In this document: piece by piece, positions 49,729-64,000 of the stretch
Layout: every line of letters starts with the position of its first letter
Position numbering within the stretch: the first letter of the stretch is position 1
Assembly: GCF_009914755.1 (NCBI RefSeq)
Contig: NC_060927.1
From: the human T2T-CHM13v2.0 reference genome, Homo sapiens
DNA length: 64,000 bases
Reading direction: 5' to 3' (one strand)
Notes under the pieces: model-generated
What the model saw: the letters and a program-made list of their open reading frames with translations, nothing else
Databases searched by the model: none
Told to the model about the DNA's origin: nothing
Position numbers and translations under genes: made by a program

Positions 49729-52700
49729 CTTAAGATATTGCTGGTAAAAAATCTGGCTTAAAAAAGCAGCAGGTGTCAGGAATTTGAAATAGGAATCCTA
49801 TTTCAAGCCACCTCAACTTCCTTCACTTTTAATCTACTGATGGGCCATCAGCAAATCTCACACAGCAAGGATAATCTCATCATTTTCAAATCAAGATACT
49901 TAATAAGCACAAACTACCTGCAGGTGGGGAGGGGTGAAATGATGACTAAGACATAGACCTCAGAAGATGCTTAAAATTCAATTACGGTTTTTGTACCTGA
50001 AAAAGTTAACATTTTAAAATCCTTAGCTAACAGAGACAACAGAAGACAGGTCATGGGGAAGCATATGATTGTATTGTATTTAAGAAATGTTCAGAGAAAA
50101 CCAAAGCTATGCCATGGTGTGTGGCCAGGTGGGCTGGTAGCCCAGGGGAGCAGGAGTGGAAGTGAGCACCTAAGAGCAGGTAAGTCTGGAAATTGGTGGG
50201 AGGAGGAAACTTGCTAGGAGGGGCTGCTGGCACATCTACCAGGCTGATGAAGGGCTCCCTGCAGGAGGGCAGGTGTTCCATGGTGTGGCTAGTGGGAGGG
50301 CAGGGGTCAGGATGGGTCAGGCTGCGGGCAGAGGAGTGAGCCTTCCAGGCAGTGGGGGCCACTGAATGATCATTAACCCTTAACCACAGAGGAATGGGCT
50401 GAAAGTACAGGGACAGCCCCAACTCAGTACCACCAAGCCAGATACCTGAGAGTCACCCTTGTCCTCTGAACCTCCACCTCATACACTTTCTACAGGGCAG
50501 AGCAGAAGAACAGGCAAGGCCCTCTGGGTAGGGTGGGCTTGTTCCAAGACCTACTTTCTACACACAGCCCAAAGATGAAGTAGCAGTAGCCTACTGCCTA
50601 TAGAAGCATCCCTTGCTAGCCTACGGAAGCTGCCTCTGACACCAGCCCCCAGAGGCGGGTCAGGCGCCCCTGCTCTAGGCCCCAGTAGCAGCTGTTCTTC
50701 TCTCATCATGGCTCTCATAGACCTTTACTGTAATTATATCCACAAATGTCTGTGCTCCCAGTGGACTATAAGTTCCAGGAGGGCAGGAATACGCTCAAAG
50801 AATAAATAAATAAACAGATAATGGAGGGAGGACAGGAGAGAGAAGGAGTGGGACGGAAGGATACATGAACAAATGACTAAACAACTGAGCAACAAAAAGG
50901 CAGCTGCCTGCATAGTCGCTTCATTGCACAGCTCCAAGGAATGCTATTCACAGTATGCTCAACATGGACAGCACCTCCAGCAGCACAATACCAGGGGCAG
51001 GGCAGGCAGGTGGCTGGTCAGAGCGAGAAACTGGCCTGCCGTCCTCAGCTAGGAAAGCAGACAGAGCTTTTGCGTCTCCATCCAGTCTTCCTGCTTTTGC
51101 TGGAAGAGTCTTGGGGAAGGGGAGGTCAGAAGAAGACAGTGCACAGCAGACGCATCCCTGACCCTTCCCACCACACACACTGAGATGTGCCAAGTGAGGC
51201 CTAAAAGCCGACAGAATGCCATTAGAGCTTAGGAGGAAGACGTGGGTCCCACAGGCCCACTCTCCCCTCCTCAAACACCTGCTCCTGCTTGTCTTCTCGG
51301 ACGCCATCAAATGCCCCAGTCGGGACTGACATATGTCACCCTCCCATGTCTCCTACCACTGCCATCAGCACAGGGGCATACCCAATAGGCCCAGAGAGCC
51401 ATCTGGCACCAGGGGGACTCCACAGCCTCCCTGCCACAAGGAAATCTCTCATCCTGGGTCCACAGCACCCTCCCCACAATCCCAGCCTGTGCCAAGCTGA
51501 CACTGTCAGCCAGCCTATATTCCACAGGCCAGGGGGACAGCTGCCAGGAGGGGGGCTCTTTCACTGGCTTGAGGTATTTCCTCCAGAGTGGCTTCTCAAG
51601 GGCCTCCCATTCAAACCAGTTCCCTGGTATCTTCAAAGACCTGATGTCCACCTGCGATTATCTGGCCCAGGGTGTGCTCCACACCCTGGTCCATGCACGC
51701 CACTCTTCTTGGGAATCCATTGCCCTTGCCCACCAGGCTAGAGAAATGCCACCATTATGCTAGGCACAGGAAATAAGATAAAGCCACATCCCTCCAGCTC
51801 CTTCCCCTGGCCCATCTCCAGGGCACTCGGCTCATATCGGCAAGCCCATGCTGCTCTGAAAGACTCCGCTGAGCTCAGCTGGCCCAAGTCCCCCATGCAC
51901 AGAAGATAAGGGACCTCTGAGGTCATATAAAAAGAGCGAGCCAGGGCCAGCGTGAGGGCCAGCCCTCAGGTGGCTCTCTCCACTGCACAGGCTGCAGAGA
52001 ATGCTGGCACAAATGACCAACAGATGCAAAACTGTGCAGGCAAGGTAGAAGAAGCGGCTGTGGAGGTGACTCCCCATCCCATAAGGCTTAGAGATGCACA
52101 TACATGTCCCCTACCTAACTCAAAAGCTGTGTAAAACCTAAAAGAACCCACTAACAATGCAACAAATTGGAAACAGGCTTTTCAGGGCCTTGGGACTCCC
52201 TGACAGAAGGCACCAGGGTGGCCAGCAGCCCATCTCACTGATAGCAGTGACTCTCTAATGACCATGTTCCAAGGGCTCACAACCCTGCTCCTTACCAACT
52301 ACTCAGCATTCCTACCAGTCACAAGCCCCAACTATAAGCCTGGCTGGACAGAAGCAACCCTTACTCCCTCTTGGGGAGGCTCCCCAGTTGTTGGCTTCCC
52401 CAATTCAAGGTCATCTTACTTCACAATGACACGCTAGTGAAAAATATTGGACTGGAAATGAGAGGTGGGGCTCCAGCCCAGAAGCATTAGCAACTCACAA
52501 TGGGACTCTGGGACTCCAGGCAAGGCCTCCCTGTTCCCTGGGGCTCAGACTTCCCATTTGAACATATGGGAGAGGTGGTGGGTTCATTTCTTAGGCTTCA
52601 GCTCTCATTTCTGTGATTTTGGGAGCAAAGGGGGTCTGTGGAGCCCAGCAGGGGCCTCCGTTCATCAGGGATTCTGAAGGAGCCCAGATGTTCCCTCAAA

Positions 52701-54551
52701 CTCACCAGAGACACTTTCTTCACCAAACTCCTAGTCCTTTCTGAAGCTTGTGCAGACTTAGAACAAATGTTTGCTGAGAACCTACCAGGGGCCAGGCACT
52801 TTGAGAGGCACTAAAGAAACATGAAGAAGTAAGAGAATTGTCTTCAAGCAACCATTTTTCAGAGACAGAAAGTGAGTCACAGAGAGGCCTCAAATTTTAC
52901 TAAAGACAACACAGCTAAGAATTCAACCCCCAGGCTGCCTGATCCCTGCAGGTTATCTCCCAGGGCTCCAGGCCGGGTGAGACTAGCACTGGGATGTGAA
53001 TACCACCAAAATCCCTTCCAGACACAGGGTATGGTCAGCTCTATGAAACTGGGATCTATTAAAAACAGGCAATCAGAATCCAGGGCAAACGCTGGCTGGC
53101 TGAGTGGATCTTCTTCTGAAATGCCCAGCCTGTCCCCCAAACCCATCTCCATACTGGGCCTGGACACTACCTTCTAACGTCCTTCTCTGAACCATCCATC
53201 TTAGGCAATGAGTATCAGCAGACAAGAGCCAGCCACGTGACCTCCATAACCCTCATGTACACACAGCACAGTAGCACTGTTCCTGGGCCCACCCAGTCCT
53301 CCCACAGCTGCCTTTCTTTTGGGCCCCCTTGTCAGAGAGGCACCAACCCAGGTGAACAGGACTGGTCTGCAGAGGCAGAGCTGGGGTCCTGTCCCGCAAG
53401 GACAGCCTTCTCCCAGAGCAGAGCTGACCAGAGCTCAGTTTGTCTCCCTGCAGCCCCATGCGAGAGGCCTCTGGAGGGATGCTCTGAAAGCCACTCCTTC
53501 CTACAGGTGGCAGAGGGGTCCCTGCCCTTCAATCTGGGCTTCCCGCCTCTAGGGACTAACCTGGTTTTCAGAGATGTTTTCCTGGGGAGGGAGCCGGGCA
53601 GCGGAGAAGCAGTCTCCCCCTCCCCCAGCTCTGGCCGACTGCCAGGGTGACCTCCCCTCCCCCAAGAAGGGCGGTGAGCTGGGAGGTGGGGGTGGGAAGA
53701 ATCCACCGATGCTCTCTGGAGGAGTGCTGGGAAGCTAGGCAGGGCGTGTCGCCTGGGCCTTTCTCTGCCCAGAGCCAGACTTCACAGCCTCTCGGTGTGA
53801 GGTGCCCCTGTATCATTCCCCAAATCGCCTCGAGTTGGGGTAGCCCTCACTGCAATTGCCCAGATCCCTGGGCAGCAAGGAGACTAACAAGCGCCGGCGA
53901 AGGGCAGCGGGTCTAGAACCTTCTGTGCCCAGTCGGACGTGAGCCAGGGGAGGTAGGCGCCCCGTTCCCCCATGGCCTGCACTCGCTCTTTCGAGCAGAG
54001 ACAGGTGTCGCTCTTTTCTCCCCGGTGGCTGTTTGTCCCACGCCCTGGACGTGCCCTTTCGCATGGTTCCCAGCAGGGTCCGCAGGGAACACCCCTCCAG
54101 TGCAGCGGAGTGAGGCCCGGCCAGACCCCAGCTTCGCTTCGTTCTCCAAGGGGGGCGCCCGTCGCTCTCCCCACCCCCGCCAGCACCCAGCCACCTGCGC
54201 GGTCGCCCGCAGCCGGTGCCGCAGTGTGAGCTAGCCAGCGAGCCCGGTTCCTTCACGCCCTGGCCAGCGCCGCGGAGCCAGCCGCCGCCCTCCGGGCCCC
54301 CTGCAGCGCCGCACCTGCACCCACACCCCGGGCCCCCCACCCAGAGCCCACCCTCACCTCCACCCCAGGCTCCAGCGCCTCCTCCGTCCTCACCCTTGGC
54401 CCCTCCCCAGCCCGACCCCGCCCCGACCTCCCCATCCCTGTCCCTCTCCTCTACCCTGGCAAGGAGGGGCCTTTCCGAGCCTGGGCCGGGGGTCCCAATG
54501 GGGTGGGCGATTGGGCGGCGGGGGTCGACTCGGCGACAAGCCAAGAGATTA

Positions 54552-55223
<672 letters not shown>

Positions 55224-57372
55224 CTACCCCTCTTTTGAATCCAGAAAATGACAGAAATTGTCAGGGGACATTTGTTTCTGGTCTTTTAAACCTAGATGCC
55301 AGTCCCTTCCTCCACCTCGCGAGACACCGATGCACAGCGCAGTCGTCCGACCGACAGGGCGGAAAGGAACGAAGGTGGGGGAGAGCCAGGGTGTGGCGAG
55401 GCCCGTCAGGGCGGTCAGACCTAGGGAAACCTGGCGTACTTGGCGCAGATGGGGCTCGACTCTTGCCCCCCGTGGCTTCTAGCCCGCCCTTCCCTCTCGA
55501 GGCCTAGACCCTTTATTTGGGCGGCCTCTTGTGGAGTCTGTGGGTGCCCCCGCAGACCTGGCCAGCGAGAGAGGAGCTGCCAATATCAGGCGCGCCTACC
55601 TCAAACCAGCTGCTCATTTGGATCATTTTATGCCAAATCCTAACCTGCCCCATGGGAGAGAAGGAACGGTGACGCTCTGAATGCCAGTGCCACTATCTCC
55701 AGGACAGTGCCCTGCGTTTCTTGATCCCGGGGTCGCCAGGCTGACAATGCCACTCCCCACCCTGGCAATTAGGTGTATCTGGACAATGAGCTATCTGAGG
55801 ACATGTGGGCGACCTCTCCTTGGCCTCTACTTGCCTGGTCCATCGAGGCACACAGACCAAGTTGTGAGTGAGTGAGAGCAAAGAGCAGACGCCAAGTGCT
55901 AGAAACACTCCCAAGACAGCCCGAGCCTAAGGCATGCTGGTTAATTGAGGTTTTACAAAGCTGTCCCTTACTGTTCTGCCACAGCGTGGTCTTGTTCATT
56001 TATGGCTGTTCAGTGAGCATTTATTTGAGATAATAATCTGCATGTCGGTGAACACGATGGTGTGTGCACGCATGTGTTATAGAAAGAGAAAGAGGAGTGA
56101 GACACAACCTTCACCTCCAGATTTCTCGTGGACACTTGTTACCCCCTTTTTGACTTATGGGGCTTGCTTGGGCAAGCCTATCTGTCTCCCTGGTGTGCTC
56201 ACCTCGAATCTCTTTCCTATTTCTTGTTAGAAACCTGACCACAAGTTCCATAAAAGCAGTAGTTGAAGCTCCACCACTGCATCCCAAGGACATAGCTCAG
56301 AGTTTAAGAAATAGTTGTTGAATGTTTGAATGAACATCTAGAACTCAAATCAAAATAACTGTCCTATTCTCATAATTACCTTTAGTTTGGAACCCCAGGG
56401 ATTGTAAGTCATCACCTAGAATATCTGCCCCGTTGTGGCTGGCACCAGGCTCAGGGTAACCCTCCAGACACCCACCCACTTCTCTGGGGCTCCTGCTCTC
56501 TTAGGAGACCATATCCAGCTTGGGGTTGAAGAAAGCTCTGAAAGGAGAGGAGACTCCCAAGTCACAGCCCTTCCCGTCTCTATAAGTGATCCCTCCAAAG
56601 AAGGGCCAGTGAGCTACTGGCCAAGGTACCCAGCCATGCAACACTCCTCCAACCTGCACCTTCTCCTAACATCTAGTGCTGTCTCCCTGTACCCTCTCAT
56701 CCTGACCTGATGAGATCATCGGTGGCAAGACAAAACAGCTGAGGTGTGCCAGAAAAGGCACCATCTTTTGGGTAAGCCTAGGCAGGTCCTGTACCTCCTC
56801 TGATCATCTGGTCCCGCACATGTAAGGTGGTATGGCAGTAGGGGAGGGAGGGCTGGGGCAGGGCCCCTCTGGGCACCTCTAAGCCTCCAAGTCATCCCAT
56901 ATGCTTACCAGGTCCAGCTGGGCTGACTATGGTCCAGCTTACTTTGGGGGACTCTGTCATAATTCTTCCAGTTCAAATGACAAAAACCCGGCTCCGACTA
57001 CCGGGCTCACGTCGCTGGAGCAGATACTGGCATTGCTCTCAGAATGCAGTCATCATGCTGTGGAAATGAGAGCCTTAGAGACTCCAAGTTTGCTCTGCTC
57101 CAAGTCTCTCTCCTCCAACTATCATTGCTTATCTCCCCTGATTTTGAGTCTTGTCCTTAACCTGCCCTAAAGCAGACAGACTTTCTCCAGGTGGAAAATG
57201 GGGCCACTGAACCTCAGCCTGGCAACCTCACTAGAAAGAGTTTCTTCCATATCATAGAATCTGTGCATTCCATTTAAAAAAATTCTTTAAATCTTCCTAT
57301 TTAGTATGTGCTGTGTATATGTAAGTTACAAAGAAAACCTATCACTCTGAGTGCCCATTTACCCTCTACACA

Positions 57373-59125
<1,753 letters not shown>

Positions 59126-59777
59126 TTTTTTTCACATAATTCTATGGAGATTCACCCAGGTTATTGTTTGTAGCAATAGTTAGCTCCCTTTTACTGCTGA
59201 GTAGCATTCAATAGTATGGACGTACAGTTTGTTTAACCACTCACCTGTGGAAAGGCATCTGAAATTATTTCCAGTTTGGGGCCATTACAAATAAAGCTGT
59301 TATGAACTATCATGTAGAGATTTTTGTGTGAAAGGAAGTTTTTATTTCTCCAGGATAAATGCCCAGGAGTGCACTTGCTGGGTCATATGCATGTTTGTTT
59401 TTTAAAGGAACTGCCAGACTTTTCCAGAGTGGTTCTACCACTTTCCACTCCCCACCAGCAATGGATGAGCGATCCAGCCTCTTCTCACCCTCATCAGCAT
59501 TTGCTGTTGTCAATATTTTAAGCCATTATGAGAGGAATGTAGTAATATCTCATTGTGGGTGGTTTTAATCTACATTTCCAATGACTAATGATGTTCAACA
59601 TATTTTCATGTGATTAATTGCCATCTGTATATCCTCTTAATGAAATGTCTGTTCATGTCTTTTGTCCATTTTTAAATTAGATTCTTTTCTTTACTGTTAA
59701 GTTTTGAGAGTTCTTTATGTATTCTAGATACTAGTTCTTTGTCAGATATGTGATTTACAAATATTTTTTCCCACTCT

Positions 59778-60035
59778 GCTGGAGTGCAGTGGCACAATCA
59801 TGGCCCACTGCAACCTCAAACTCCTGGGCTCAAGTGATCCTTCTGCCTCAGCCTCTTAAGTAGCTATGACCACAGAGGTGCGCCAGCACACCCAGCTAAT
59901 TTTTAAATTTTGTTTTTATAAAGACAAGGTCTTGCTATGTTACCCAAGCTGGTCTTGAACTCCTGGCCTCAAGCAACCCTACCACCTCAGCCTCCCTAAG
60001 TGCTGGGATTACAGGCATGAGCCACCACTCCGAGC
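59778..60035 (-). mobile_element. Tail-less AluJ fragment within L1
   Basis: Begins abruptly at GCTGGAGTGCAGTGG with no polyT. Confidence 0.88.
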
Positions 60036-62954
60036 AATTTAACAAGGTCTCTTTCAAAGCAAAAGTTTTTGAGTTTGATGAAGTCTAATTTACTGATATT
60101 TTCTTTTATGAATTGTGCCTTTTGGTGCCATGTCTAAGAACTCTTTACTAAGCCCTAAGTCCCAAAGATACTTTCCCATGTTTTTTGAAAAAATTTTAAA
60201 AATAGTTTTATGTCTTCCATTTATGTTCATGGTCCATTTTGAGTTACATTTGTGTGAGGTGTAAGACTTAGGCTGGAGGGGTTTTTTTGTTGTTTGGTTT
60301 TGGTTTTTTGCCCATGGATGTCCAGTTGCTACAGCAGCATTTGTTGAAAAGATTATATTTTCTCTATTGAATTGCTCTTGCACCTTTGTCAAAAATTTGT
60401 TGGTCCTCATTACTGTGGGGTGGTGGTAGAAGTCCAGCCTCCCCATGTGGTCTACGCTGACATTGCAGGTGGGAGGCCTTGGTACTGCCCACTGGAGGCA
60501 AAAGTCCTGGCTCCCATCTTGACCTTCTGTGATACCCCCATCCCAGCCAAAGAGTTGGGGCACCTTGATATAGCCTGGCAATGCTAGAAGTCTATATTCA
60601 TCACTTAGACTTTGCTGGCTAGGTAGGTGTGGGGTGGGAACAGCACAGTTTTTTCTGTAGTGTTTGGCTGGAGTAAAACAAACCCTTCCTGGTCCTTTGA
60701 CTAGAGAGATCAAGCTTTTATTGGGGCTTGATTTGGGCCTGTGCTTGTTGATGTGTCTGGGTTGCCACCATCTTCAGCTCCAAGACCCAGATATATATGA
60801 AGTAAAAAGAAAAACCAAAAAGCTCATCACTGTTTCATTCCTTGGGTCCCAGGGTCTCTAACTGGTTCTGCCTTCTTTTCTGCACCTTTCAGAGTTTTCT
60901 TATGTTTGTTTTATTCACAATATCCGGAGTACTCAGTTATATTTAATAGGAGGAATAGGGAAAAGTATCCCTACTTCATCTTTCCACACACACATTTTAA
61001 TACACACTTATATTTAAACATAACATACAGGCATAAAAGTCAACAAATCACAAGTGCGCAGCTTAATGAATTTCAATAGAATGAACGAACATATCCTGGT
61101 AACCACCGCTCAGGTCAAGAAAAAGAATGTTACCAATACCCCAGAAGTCTCCATCATACCCCTCCCAGTCATTACACTGCATTTTCCACAAAGGAAATAA
61201 CTCTTCAGATACATCAGCATAGATTGGTTTTGCCCATATTTGAATTTTAGATGAGTTGAGTCAAACAATATGTGCTCTTTTGAATCTCTTTCGTTCAGTA
61301 TTGGGTTTGTAAGATTCAGCCATAGTATTGCATGTAGCCAAAGTAAATTCATTTTCACTGCTGCATAGTGTTTTATTGTATGAATACATCACGGTTTATT
61401 TGTCCATTCTACTGTAGAAAAATATTTAGGTTGTTTCCAGTGTTTGGTTATTACAAATTTTGCTGTTATGAAAATCTTGTACATGTTTTTGGTGAGCATA
61501 TGTACATGTTTCTTCTGGGTACACCTAAGTGTGGGGTTGCTGAAGCATGTATGTTTTCAGATTTAGTAGGTATTTCCAGCTTTCCAAAGTGGTCATATAA
61601 AGCATTAGTTGTATGTAAGAGTTCCAGTGTTTCATATCCTTGCCAACACTTGCTATTTTATCAGTCTTTTAATTTTAGATATTTTGGTAGATTTGTAGTG
61701 ATATCTCACAGTAGTCTTAATCTGCATATCTCTGACAACTAGTAGTGTTGAGCACCTAATCTTATGTTTATTATCCATTTAGATATTCTCATAAGGAAGT
61801 GTTTGTTCAAGTATTTTCACATTTTTCTATTGGGTTTTCTGGTCTTTTCTTATTGCCATGCAGAGTACATTATGTTTTCTGGTATTTTTAATAATATGTA
61901 TGACAAGAATCTTTTTAAAATCTGGATTGCCTTTTTACTTTCTTAATGATATCTTTTGATGAACAGATTCTTTTTTAAATGTAGTCAAATGTATTGTTTC
62001 CTTTATTGTTAGGACTTTTTGTGTCCTGTTTAAAAAACTTTTGCCCACTCCAAGATCATGCAAATATTTTACTTCATTTAGTAGAAGTTACATTGTATTA
62101 CCTTTCATATTCAGGTTACAGAACACCTGAAATTGATCCACTTTTTACCATAAGGATATCTACTTGATGCAGCAACATTTATCATCCTTTTCTGCAAAAG
62201 GTACTGCAGTTGTACCTTTTTCATAAACCAAGTGACTATAAGTGGTCTGTTTCCAGACTTCTTTTCCGTTAAGTCTGTTTCACTTTCATTGGGCCAACAC
62301 CACACTCTCTAAATTACTATAGCTATGTTGTAAGTAGTGTAAATTAATCTTCAAAAATTGTCTTGTTTCTTTTTTATATTTTCCAAATACGTTTGTGAAG
62401 CAGAGTCTCAATTTCCAAAGACACACACACACACAGACACACACACACACACATACTACAAACTCCTCTGAAAGGGTTTTGATTGAAATTTCATGGACTC
62501 TATAGATCAGACTGGGGAAAGTTGACATCTTTATGACATTGAGTGTCTCAACCCATGAACACAGTATTTGCTTCCACTTATTTGTATCTTTAATTTGCCT
62601 CAGTGATGTTTTATAATTTTATGTAGAGGCCTTATCATGGATTGATCTTATTGATCTTATCCAGTATCATGTTAAATTCACTTATTTATTGTAGTAGGTT
62701 ATCTATAGATTCCTTTTGGATTTTCTACATATACAATCATGTCATATGATCAGTTTTTAAAATTGTAGTCATTCTAATAGATGTATAGTGGTATCTCATT
62801 GTGATTTTAAATTACATTTTCCCAATGAGTAATGGTATTAAGCATCTTTTCATGTATTTATTAGCCATCTATATATCTTATTTGATTGTAGTTACAGTTT
62901 AAAAACTTTGCCAATTCAGTTTCAGTTATTTGTTTTCTTATTGTTTGGTTTTGA

Positions 62955-63341
<387 letters not shown>

Positions 63342-64000
63342 TAGAATTGGCATTACTGTTTTTAAAAATTTGGTAGGATTAACCAAGGAAGCCATTTCGT
63401 TCTTTTCTTTGTGGGAAGGTTTTTTAAATATGTTAAATTTCTTCAATAGATATTAGATCTTTAGGTTATCTAGTATTTTCTTAAGGTAGTCTTGGCAGTT
63501 TGTGTCTATCAAGGGATTTCTCTATTTAAGATGTATAATTTATTGATATATAGCTGTTCAAATATTACTGTTCAAATATTATTATCCTTTTAATATGTAT
63601 AGAACCTGTAGTGATATCACTTCTCTTCTTCCAGATACTGGTAATTTGTGTATTTTTTCTTTTTTTCTCTCAACATTCTGTCTAGAAGTTTATTGATTTT
63701 ACTGATTATCTCAAAGAATAAACTTTTGGTTTTATTGATTTTCTCTATTATTTTCTCTTTTATTGATTTCTGTTCTTGTTTTTATTATTTCCTTTATTCT
63801 GTTTACTCTGGGTCTAATTTGTTCTTATTTTTCTACTTTCTTATAGTGGAGGCTGATTTATTGATTTAAAATTTCCTTCTTTTCTAATATACAGATTTAT
63901 TGCTCTAAATTACATTCCAAGTATTAGCTGCATCCCACCAGTTTTAATATGTTGTGTTTTCATTTTAATTCAGTTCACAATCTTTTATAATTTTAATTTT

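Noticed and set aside
59310-60713. ORFs with L1 ORF2-like peptides
   Set aside because: Short, frameshifted remnants of ancient L1 with no intact endonuclease or RT.

Overview
Mammalian genomic DNA, almost certainly human or another primate (AluJ/AluS, THE1, MST/MLT1, Tigger, L1M, L2, MIR). It carries the 5' two-thirds of RAB6B on the minus strand. A CpG-island promoter and exon 1 lie at ~53.9-55.6 kb (ATG at 54635), followed by coding exons 2 (23759-23817), 3 (784-837) and 4 (459-564). All have GT-AG boundaries and splice in frame to [96 protein letters not shown]; the remaining exons lie left of the window. Upstream of the promoter (57.3-64 kb) is mostly old L1 and Alu debris. Nearly all ORFs in the supplied track are chance or repeat-derived. 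The most interesting non-routine signals are: (1) a candidate phase-1 alternative exon at the edge of a ~30-bp minisatellite in intron 1, whose 5' splice site is supplied by the repeat and which would replace or split the GTPase P-loop; (2) a ~480-bp local inverted duplication in intron 2 with patchy arm identity; (3) two short local direct duplications; (4) a twin-primed L1 carrying two nested Tigger elements; (5) a stop-free 5' leader with an in-frame CUG in good context and a TSS-dependent Arg-rich uORF. Repeat subfamily calls are by eye. No prokaryotic-type system is present.
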